A stretch of DNA of 64,000 bases, from assembly GCF_015490265.1 (NCBI RefSeq), contig NZ_WFYD01000062.1, forward strand, positions 3,748 through 67,747. Reading direction: 5' to 3'. A program made the position numbers and the translations under genes. This document shows, one piece after another, positions 53,640 to 60,762 of the stretch (positions are counted from its first letter, which is position 1; each line of letters opens with the position of its first letter). This stretch comes from Sulfurivirga sp. GTDB taxonomy: Bacteria; Pseudomonadota; Gammaproteobacteria; Thiomicrospirales; Thiomicrospiraceae. Below the pieces are notes generated by a model. It worked only from the letters and a program-made list of their open reading frames with translations. It made no database searches and was not told the origin of the DNA.

Positions 53640-54097
53640 CTCAACAACCGCAACTGCACAAAAACATTCAGAACCTGGTGGCGCTGGGCGCCGCCATCGC
53701 CAGCAAGTGCCTCAAACAGGCGTGGCTGCTGGAGCAGGAACTGCTCAAGGCAGGCGTGCCGCAGCATCAGATCGACCAGGCGGTGGAGATCGCCGCGGCC
53801 ATGCGCGATCAGGCCCATGCCAATACCGTCGCCCTGTTCAGAGCCGGGCCGCAGGCGCTGATCGACGGCATCAGCCAGCTGGAGATCGACAAATCCGCCC
53901 CCTGTGACTGCGAAGGAGATAGCTGCTGTACCCCGGCGGACAACGCGGACGAGGGTTGCTGCGAGAGTGAAAGCAGCAGCTGCTGTGGCGAAGAGCGTGT
54001 GGAGTCGTCCGGCTGCTGTGGTGAGGACAGCGCGGAATCGTCCGGTTGTTGTGGCGGTGATGACGATGTGACCACACCAAAAGGATGCTGTGGCTGA
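53636..54097 (+). CDS. 153-aa protein: helical N-terminal domain (possibly AhpD/CMD-like) plus an acidic poly-Cys tail with six vicinal CC pairs
   Basis: The ATG overlaps the permease stop (ATGA). The tail reads APCDCEGDSCCTPADNADEGCCESESSSCCGEERVESSGCCGEDSAESSGCCGGDDDVTTPKGCCG. It is the 3' third of the spurious 481-aa track ORF. Confidence 0.7.
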   Translation: MTQQPQLHKNIQNLVALGAAIASKCLKQAWLLEQELLKAGVPQHQIDQAVEIAAAMRDQAHANTVALFRAGPQALIDGISQLEIDKSAPCDCEGDSCCTPADNADEGCCESESSSCCGEERVESSGCCGEDSAESSGCCGGDDDVTTPKGCCG

Positions 54098-54345
54098 TCT
54101 TTGTAGAGGGCGAACAGAGCGGCGATGCGATTTGTGGAGCCATCCTGGTGGTTGTTGGCATCAGGGCCGGAAGTGCGCGGCGCATGTCTGACCGCAGGGA
54201 GTTTGCGCCGCGCCCGGCCCGGCCTTACAACCACTTGATGGCGGAACCCATGAGCGAGCTGGTCTGTCCGCCCGACAGGGGGTACAAATCGCTACGCAGG
54301 CTTATCAGTCACAGCAAGTCAGAATTTTGTAAAAAGGAGAAAACC

Positions 54346-54579
54346 ATGAAAGAAATCAAAGTCCTCGGTTCCGGCTGCGCCAACTGCCAGACCACCGCCA
54401 GGCTGATTGAAGAGGTGGCCAGAGAACTGGGCGTGGAGGTCAACATCGAAAAGGTGGAAGACATCGCCCAGATCATGAGCTATGGCGTCATGTCCACCCC
54501 GGGTGTGGTGATTGACGGCAAGGTGGTGCACGCCGGTGGCGTGCCCGGCCGTGACCAGATTGCGGGCTGGCTCAAGTGA
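54346..54579 (+). CDS. small thioredoxin-fold protein (redox-active disulfide protein 2 type)
   Basis: 77 aa. MKEIKVLGSGCANCQTT and VMSTPGVVIDGKVVHAGGVP are present. AAGGAGA lies upstream of the ATG. Confidence 0.85.
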   Translation: MKEIKVLGSGCANCQTTARLIEEVARELGVEVNIEKVEDIAQIMSYGVMSTPGVVIDGKVVHAGGVPGRDQIAGWLK

Positions 54580-54896
54580 GCCACTGCGCCCTGCCGGTTC
54601 AGGGGGAGATCATCAACGACCACCGTTCGGACTGGCCGCTGATCGAGCTGACCCTCTACGGCAGCCGCAACGAGACGGCCAAACTGGCCAAACGGGTCAA
54701 CTGCGCCCTGCGCACGTTGCCGTTGCGGGCGCGGCTGCACTATGTGCGCGACCCGCTGGCCTGGGCGGAGGCGGGCATCGGGCGGCTGCCGGCGCTGGCC
54801 GCGCCCGGCTGGCGGCACGAGGGCTGGCTGAGCACGGAGGAGATCGCCCGCGCGCTGGCGGCGCTGACAGATGGCAAGGAGGGAGAAGGAGCATGA
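54576..54896 (+). CDS. hypothetical protein; apparent CxxC-less paralogue of the preceding thioredoxin-fold gene
   Basis: The GTG overlaps the upstream stop (GTGA). IELTLYGSRNETAKLAKRV...GRLPALAAPGWRHEGWLSTEEIARAL aligns by eye with IKVLGSGCANCQTTARLIEEV...MSTPGVVIDGKVVHAGGVPGRDQIAGWL. Confidence 0.4.
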   Translation: MSHCALPVQGEIINDHRSDWPLIELTLYGSRNETAKLAKRVNCALRTLPLRARLHYVRDPLAWAEAGIGRLPALAAPGWRHEGWLSTEEIARALAALTDGKEGEGA

Positions 54897-55256
54897 AACG
54901 GACGGTTCTTCTGGCGGGAATGCTGCTGAGCGCGGCAAACGGCTGGGCCGGTCGTGGCTCGAACTGATCCTGTGGACTTTGCCCAAGTGGGGCTGGAGGA
55001 GGGCATGGGGCTGCGCGAGGCGCTGCTCAAGGCGGTGGACCTGCGCACCCGGCCCATCCTCATGACCGCCACCGCGGCGGGCGTGGGCATGATCCCCATC
55101 GCGCTGGAGTGGGCGGTGGGCATCGAGCGCCTGTCACCGCTGGCGGTGGTGGCCATCGGTGGCCTGATTACCGGCACCTTCCTCACGCTGGTGGTGGTAC
55201 CCGTGTTCTTCCACCTGCTGGAGAGTGCCAGGCACCGCATTTATGCAAAATATTGA
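54893..55256 (+). pseudogene. remnant of a heavy-metal RND efflux operon: a 24-codon signal-peptide stub followed by the last ~90 codons of a CzcA/CusA-type pump
   Basis: The stub MKRTVLLAGMLLSAANGWAGRGSN* (54893-54967) is followed by the frame 54954-55256, which encodes REALLKAVDLRTRPILMTATAAGVGMIPIAL...VVAIGGLITGTFLTLVVVPVFFHLL. That is the C-terminal TM11-12 region of RND permeases. Confidence 0.65.
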
Positions 55257-55280
55257 TGCAAATCAGTCAAAAAGTGATTA

Positions 55281-55305
55281 AAAGGGGCTCCGCGCCCCTT
55301 TTTTC
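55281..55305 (+). terminator. rho-independent terminator after the RND remnant
   Basis: The sequence is AAAGGGGC-TCCGC-GCCCCTTTTTT. Confidence 0.7.
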
Positions 55306-55317
55306 ATGGGAATTTCA

Positions 55318-55361
55318 CACGGCGAAAAATTGCCGCTGTGCAAAAATAGGGGAGACCCCAT
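55318..55361 (-). repeat. single dispersed repeat unit (reverse orientation)
   Basis: The core GCAAAAATAGGGGAGACCCCAT is at 55340-55361. Confidence 0.75.
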
Positions 55362-55399
55362 GAACAAGACAAAGAACAGCACACACAAGGAGAACGCTT

Positions 55400-55957
55400 A
55401 TGGTCAGTCTGGTGACGCCCGTCTGTGAGTTTGACAAACCTGCGCCGGATTTCGCTCTGCCGGGCGTGGACGGCGAGATCTGGACGCTGGAGAAGGCCCG
55501 CGGCGAAAACGGGCTGCTGGTGATGTTCATCTGCAACCACTGTCCCTACGTGAAGGCCATCCTGCCGCGGCTGGTGCGGGATGCCCGTCAGCTGCGGGAC
55601 GAGCATGGCATCAACAGCATCGCCATCATGTCCAATGATCCCACGCAGTATGTGGAGGACTCCTTCGACAACATGAAGAAGGTGGCGCGGGAATGGGACT
55701 TCCCCTTTCCCTATGTGTATGACGAGACGCAGGAAGTGGCCCGCGCGTTCGGCGCCGTGTGCACGCCCGACTTCTTCGGCTACAACCGGGACCTCAAACT
55801 GCAATACCGTGGCCGGCTGGACGCCTCCCGCAAGGAGCCGGCGCCGGAAGACGCCCGGCGTGAGCTGTTCGAGGCCATGGTGCAGGTGGCCGAGACGGGG
55901 CGCGGCCCCGAAGACCAGATTCCCTCCATGGGCTGCTCCATCAAGTGGCGCGATTGA
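55400..55957 (+). CDS. thioredoxin-fold thiol-disulfide oxidoreductase (AhpC/TSA-like family)
   Basis: PAPDFALPGVDGEIWTL, the redox motif LVMFICNHCPYV and VCTPDFFGYN are present. Confidence 0.8.
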   Translation: MVSLVTPVCEFDKPAPDFALPGVDGEIWTLEKARGENGLLVMFICNHCPYVKAILPRLVRDARQLRDEHGINSIAIMSNDPTQYVEDSFDNMKKVAREWDFPFPYVYDETQEVARAFGAVCTPDFFGYNRDLKLQYRGRLDASRKEPAPEDARRELFEAMVQVAETGRGPEDQIPSMGCSIKWRD

Positions 55958-56029
55958 CAGGGAAAACCTCATTCCTGGCACAGGAATTGCTGATCGTCTG
56001 ATGTCAAGTCAGCCTGAAGAGGAGTGTTC

Positions 56030-56575
56030 ATGGCACGTCAGACCATCACGCCCACGGGGCGGGAGAAGCCGTTTACCGGTGAGCGCATGATCGTCTCCAA
56101 GACCGATCTGCGCGGCACCATCACCTATGTCAACCGTGCCTTCATGGAGGTGTCGGAGTTTCCCTACACCGAGCTGCTCGGCCGGCCCCACAACGTCATC
56201 CGTCATCCGGACATGCCGCGCACGGCCTTCCGCCACCTGTGGAAGACCCTCCAGAGCGGCGAGGAGTGGTTCGGCATGGTCAAGAACATCACCGCCAGCG
56301 GCGACCACTACTGGGTGTTTGCCAATGTCACCACCGACTACCGTGACGGTCAGGCCATCGGCTACTACTCCATCCGCCGCCCGCTGCCGGAGCCGCTCAA
56401 GCAGCTGGCGGGCGAACTCTATGCCGAGCTGCGCCGCATCGAGGCCGGCGAGGGCATGGACGCGGCGGAAAAGTGGCTCATGGAGCAGGTGGAGGCGGCA
56501 GGATTTGCCTCCTACCGGGACTTCATGCTGCAGACCTATCTCAGGCACGCCGGGCAGGCAGGAGGTGAGGCATGA
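56030..56575 (+). CDS. stand-alone PAS-domain sensor protein (Aer-type PAS)
   Basis: [76 protein letters not shown] is present. GAGGAG lies upstream of the ATG at 56030. Confidence 0.85.
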   Translation: MARQTITPTGREKPFTGERMIVSKTDLRGTITYVNRAFMEVSEFPYTELLGRPHNVIRHPDMPRTAFRHLWKTLQSGEEWFGMVKNITASGDHYWVFANVTTDYRDGQAIGYYSIRRPLPEPLKQLAGELYAELRRIEAGEGMDAAEKWLMEQVEAAGFASYRDFMLQTYLRHAGQAGGEA

Positions 56576-58080
56576 TGAAGCCGGAACGTCTGTTTTCCCG
56601 TGGGCACCTGAGCGCCGGCGCGCTCAAGATGTGGGATCAGGGCATGCTGCATACCGCCATTTCATTCGTGGTGGTATGGGCCATCGCCATCGCCTACGGT
56701 TTCACACACGGGCTGGACCCCCTCGGCTGGGTGCTGTGGGCGCTGGCGCTGGGCATGGTCGTCAAGGCGCTCTGGTCACTGCGCTTCATCAAGCGCAGCG
56801 TCAACCTCATCAGCGAGATCGACAAGGTGATCAACGCCGCGCTCAGGGGCAACACCAGTCAGCGCATCACCGCCAACACCCGCTGCATGGGTGAGCTGGG
56901 CACGCTGGCGTGGGACATCAACGACTTCCTCGACATCGTCGAGTCCTATCTCAAGGAGGTCAACACCTGCTTCAGCGCGGCGGCACGGGAGGACTTCGAC
57001 CGCGTGCCTATTGGAAAGGGCTATCCGGGCAACTGGCGCCGCACCCTGCGTGACATCCGCACCGCACTGGAAGCCATGGAGCAGGCGGCCAGCTTCTCCC
57101 GCAGGAACCGCCTGCTCAGCGAGCTGCATCATCTCAACACCAGCCGGCTGATTCCCAATCTGTTCAAGAACCAGCAGTCGGTTACCACCGTCAAGGACAA
57201 GCTGGAGGATGCCCTGCAACTGTCCGAGCAGAACCGCCAGGTGGCGGTGGACAGCGAAGCCCAGCTGCAGCAGCTGGCGCGCACCATTCAGGAGTTCGCC
57301 GAGCAGATGGACGAGATGGGCCAGTCCGCCGGGGTGCTGGACGAGGCCAGTCGCGAGATCGGTGACACCGTGGACATCATCAGCGACATCGCCGAGCAGA
57401 CCAACCTGCTGGCACTCAACGCCGCCATCGAGGCGGCGCGGGCCGGCGAGCACGGCCGGGGCTTCGCCGTCGTGGCCGACGAGGTGCGCGCGCTGGCGAG
57501 CCGCACCGGTCAGGCCACCGAGCAGATCAGCACCCTCATTGGAGATCTTCAGCAGCGTATCGGTGCCATGGTGACCACCACCCAGGGCATGCAGGAGGAC
57601 ACCCAGCAGGTGCACGAGGCCATGATGCGCTTCAGCCAGCTGTTCGAGGAGGTGGCGCGCAAGTCCGAGCAGATGCTGCGTGCTCTGCGCGAGAGCGAGG
57701 ATTGGCTGTTCGGCACGCTGGTCAAGGTGGATCACATTCTCTACATGCAGCGCGGCTACATTGCCGTGGAGCGTGCCGGCGAAGGCGAGGAGGCGCAGGC
57801 GGTCGCGGTGGATCACCACAACTGCCGGCTGGGCAAATGGTATTACGAAGGCCACGGTTACGAGGCCTTCCACGAGCTCAACGCCTACCGCGAACTGGAG
57901 AAGTGGCATGCACAGGTGCATCAGGGTGTGCACAGAGCGCTTGCGCTTTCCAAGGAGGACTGGATGCACGATGAGACGGTGCTCAACGGCATTGTCGAGG
58001 CCATGAAGCAGGCCGAAGAGGGCAGCGAAAAAGTGATCGAGCTGATCGACCGCATGATGTGCGAGAAGCACGGTTGCTGA
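56572..58080 (+). CDS. methyl-accepting chemotaxis protein with a short TM hairpin and a C-terminal CZB (zinc-binding) domain
   Basis: The MA domain reads [38 protein letters not shown]. The C-terminal [14 protein letters not shown]...[10 protein letters not shown] matches the CZB H-x3-C ... H pattern. The ATG overlaps the PAS gene stop (ATGA). Confidence 0.85.
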   Translation: MMKPERLFSRGHLSAGALKMWDQGMLHTAISFVVVWAIAIAYGFTHGLDPLGWVLWALALGMVVKALWSLRFIKRSVNLISEIDKVINAALRGNTSQRITANTRCMGELGTLAWDINDFLDIVESYLKEVNTCFSAAAREDFDRVPIGKGYPGNWRRTLRDIRTALEAMEQAASFSRRNRLLSELHHLNTSRLIPNLFKNQQSVTTVKDKLEDALQLSEQNRQVAVDSEAQLQQLARTIQEFAEQMDEMGQSAGVLDEASREIGDTVDIISDIAEQTNLLALNAAIEAARAGEHGRGFAVVADEVRALASRTGQATEQISTLIGDLQQRIGAMVTTTQGMQEDTQQVHEAMMRFSQLFEEVARKSEQMLRALRESEDWLFGTLVKVDHILYMQRGYIAVERAGEGEEAQAVAVDHHNCRLGKWYYEGHGYEAFHELNAYRELEKWHAQVHQGVHRALALSKEDWMHDETVLNGIVEAMKQAEEGSEKVIELIDRMMCEKHGC

Positions 58081-58116
58081 AAGTTGTTGATTTTCAAAGG
58101 ATGATGGCTAAAATGC

Positions 58117-58144
58117 GCCCCTTTCTCGTGAAAGGGGCTTTTTG
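58117..58144 (+). terminator. rho-independent terminator after the MCP gene, ending 4 nt before the purE ATG
   Basis: The sequence is GCCCCTTTC-TCGT-GAAAGGGGC followed by TTTTT. Confidence 0.7.
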
Positions 58145-58147
58145 CTT

Positions 58148-58648
58148 ATGAGCGCGCAGTCACCCAAAGTCGGCATCATCATGGGCTCGAAATCCGACTG
58201 GCCCACCATGCGGCACGCGGCGGCCATGCTGGACGAGTTGGGCGTGCCCTACGAGGTGCGCGTGGTTTCCGCCCACCGCACGCCGGATCTGATGTTTCAG
58301 TACGCCGAGCAGGCCGAAGGCCGTGGCCTGAAGGTGATCATCGCCGGCGCCGGCGGCGCGGCGCATCTGCCGGGCATGGTGGCGGCCAAGACGCTGGTGC
58401 CGGTGCTGGGCGTGCCGGTCAAATCCCGCGCGCTCAACGGGCAGGACTCTCTGCTGTCCATCGTGCAGATGCCCGGCGGGGTGCCGGTGGGCACCCTGGC
58501 CATCGGCGAGGCGGGCGCCAAGAACGCGGGCATTCTCGCCGCCCAGATCGTCGCCAATGAGGATCCCCGGGTGCGCGAAGCGCTGCGTGCCTGGCGTCAG
58601 GCCCAGACGGACGCGGTGCTGGCCCATCCCGACCCGCGCGAGGACTGA
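58148..58648 (+). CDS. purE: N5-carboxyaminoimidazole ribonucleotide mutase
   Basis: [51 protein letters not shown] and the C-terminal [16 protein letters not shown] are present. Confidence 0.95.
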   Translation: MSAQSPKVGIIMGSKSDWPTMRHAAAMLDELGVPYEVRVVSAHRTPDLMFQYAEQAEGRGLKVIIAGAGGAAHLPGMVAAKTLVPVLGVPVKSRALNGQDSLLSIVQMPGGVPVGTLAIGEAGAKNAGILAAQIVANEDPRVREALRAWRQAQTDAVLAHPDPRED

Positions 58649-58673
58649 TCGTTCATCCAGCCCGTTTCCACGG

Positions 58674-58703
58674 AAAACCGCAGGTAAAATGACCTGCGGT
58701 TTT
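58674..58703 (+). terminator. terminator-like hairpin between purE and purK
   Basis: The sequence is AAAACCGCAGGT-AAAATG-ACCTGCGGTTTTTT, located 19 nt upstream of the purK ATG. Confidence 0.55.
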
Positions 58704-58721
58704 TTCGTTTCAGGAGCACCC

Positions 58722-59828
58722 ATGACGCCCATTACCCGCAATATCGGCATTCTCGGTGCCGGCCAGCTGGGCCGCATGCTCGCCATGGCCGGCTATCCGC
58801 TGGGGCAGAAGTTCGGTTTCTACGGCTTCTCGAAGGACGAACCCTCCGCCATGCTGGGGCACATGTTCACCCATGACGATGAGGTGGACGCTCTGGAGCA
58901 ACTGATCAACTGGGCCGATGTGGTCACCTACGAGAGCGAGAACACCGATCCTGCCGTGGTGGACGCCATCGAAGCCGCTGGCGTACCGGTGCTGCCCGGG
59001 CGGGACGCCCTCTACTACAGCCAGCACCGCGGGCGGGAAAAGACGCTGTTCCGCGAGCTGGGCATTCCCACGGCGCCTTTCCGCGTGGTCGACAGCGAGG
59101 CGGCGCTGGCGCAGGCGGTGAGGGAAATCGGGCTGCCGGCCATTGCCAAGACCACCACCGGCGGCTATGACGGCAAGGGACAGTATCGCCTGAAGACGGC
59201 GGTGGAGGTGCCGGAGGCGTGGCGGACATTGGGCGGACGGGAGCTGATCGTGGAGGGGTTCGTGCCCTTCGAGCGGGAGCTGTCCATGCTGGCCGCCCGT
59301 GGACGGGATGGGCAGATGGTGTTCTGGCCCTTGGTGGAGAATGTGCATCATGAGGGCATTCTGCGGCTGACCCGCGCGCCGGCGGAAGATGTGGATCCCG
59401 ACACGGAACAGGCGGCGCAGGGCTACCTGCGCAGGCTGATGGAACGGCTCGACTATGTGGGCGTGCTGGCGCTGGAGCTGTTCGACACCGCCGACGGACT
59501 GGTGGCCAACGAGATGGCGCCCCGGGTGCACAATTCCGGCCACTGGAGCATCGAGGGGGCCGACACCAGCCAGTTCGAGAACCATGTGCGCGCGCTGGTC
59601 GGTCTTCCGCTGGGCAGCACGCGTCCCGTCAGCCCGTGGTGCGCCATGATCAACATCATCGGCGAGACCGGCCCGGTTGAGGAGGCGCTGCGTCTGCCCG
59701 GCGTGCATGTGCACCTGTATGACAAGGCCGAGCGTCCGGGCCGCAAGCTGGGGCACATCAATGTGGTGGCAGGCAGCCGCCATGAGCTGGAGGCGCGCCT
59801 GCAGGTGCTGGCCCCTTTCTTGCCATAG
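58722..59828 (+). CDS. purK: N5-carboxyaminoimidazole ribonucleotide synthase
   Basis: IGILGAGQLGRMLAMAG is present, with an ATP-grasp region (GGYDGKGQ...NEMAPRVHNSGHW). CAGGAG lies upstream of the ATG at 58722. Confidence 0.93.
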   Translation: MTPITRNIGILGAGQLGRMLAMAGYPLGQKFGFYGFSKDEPSAMLGHMFTHDDEVDALEQLINWADVVTYESENTDPAVVDAIEAAGVPVLPGRDALYYSQHRGREKTLFRELGIPTAPFRVVDSEAALAQAVREIGLPAIAKTTTGGYDGKGQYRLKTAVEVPEAWRTLGGRELIVEGFVPFERELSMLAARGRDGQMVFWPLVENVHHEGILRLTRAPAEDVDPDTEQAAQGYLRRLMERLDYVGVLALELFDTADGLVANEMAPRVHNSGHWSIEGADTSQFENHVRALVGLPLGSTRPVSPWCAMINIIGETGPVEEALRLPGVHVHLYDKAERPGRKLGHINVVAGSRHELEARLQVLAPFLP

Positions 59829-59877
59829 AAACGCACAGCGTTGATAATGCCAATGAATTCGATAGGAGTTCTGCGGC

Positions 59878-60762
59878 ATGAAGCGACGCACGCTGTTGAA
59901 AGGACTGGCCGCGCTCGGCGCGGCTCCACTTGCCGGCTGCGACCGCTTCGGCAGTGAGCCGCTGACAGTCAGTGTCAACGCCTGGATCGGCTATGCGCCG
60001 CTGGTGTATGCCGACTCGCGCGGCTGGCTGGCGCCGTTGAACGTCCGTCTGTTCACCACCGTTTCCCTCGGCGAATCCCTCACCCTGTTCGAAACCGGCA
60101 CCGCCATGGCCTTCAGCGCCACCCAGTATGAGTTTCATCTGGCGCGGCGGGATGTGCCGGATCTGGTGCCCGCCATACTGTTGGATCGCTCCAACGGTGG
60201 CGATGGCGTGGTGGGCAACCGCACCTTGGCGCAGCTGCAACGGGATACCGGACCCATCGACGTCTTTCTCGAGGCCGACAGCGTCAACCGCGAGGTGCTG
60301 GATCAGTTCGTGCGTCAGCACGGCCTGACGAACAGGAAGCTGGTGCTGCACGATCAGGATCAGATGCGCAATACGGAGCTGGATCCGGCGCGTCCGGCGC
60401 CGACGCTGGTGGTGACCTACAGCCCCTACATGGAGCAGATGGTCAGGAAAGGCTTCCGCCTGCTGGCCAGCACCCGGGACCTCTCCCTGCTGGTGGTCGA
60501 TGGGCTGTTCGTGCGTCGCCCGCTGCTGCAGGCGCGGCTTGAACAGTTCCGCCGTCTCAAGCAGGTGGTGGACCGGGCCATCGACGACTTCCGCGCCCGG
60601 CCGGAGACGGTCTTCCCTCATGTGCGCGAATTCCTTGCCATCAAGAACGTGGCCGAACTGAAGACGGCCATGGCGGGCATCGAGTGGATCAACCATCCGC
60701 CCTCCGATCTGCTCCAGCGCATCGCTGCGGTGGGAATTCCTGTGGAGACGGTGCTGCCATGA
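59878..60762 (+). CDS. periplasmic solute-binding-protein-like lipoprotein (NMT1/TauA-like fold, tentative)
   Basis: The signal MKRRTLLKGLAALGAAPLAGC has an RR motif and a lipobox. VNAWIGYAPLVYADSRGW is typical of NitT/TauT-type binding proteins. Confidence 0.6.
   Translation: MKRRTLLKGLAALGAAPLAGCDRFGSEPLTVSVNAWIGYAPLVYADSRGWLAPLNVRLFTTVSLGESLTLFETGTAMAFSATQYEFHLARRDVPDLVPAILLDRSNGGDGVVGNRTLAQLQRDTGPIDVFLEADSVNREVLDQFVRQHGLTNRKLVLHDQDQMRNTELDPARPAPTLVVTYSPYMEQMVRKGFRLLASTRDLSLLVVDGLFVRRPLLQARLEQFRRLKQVVDRAIDDFRARPETVFPHVREFLAIKNVAELKTAMAGIEWINHPPSDLLQRIAAVGIPVETVLP

Noticed and set aside
52652-54097. The 481-aa track ORF read as a single gene overlapping the ArsP-like permease.
   Set aside because: The first two thirds are an out-of-frame shadow of the permease gene (low-complexity, R/G/A-rich). 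Only the last 153 codons, from the ATG at 53636 that overlaps the permease stop, look like a real gene.
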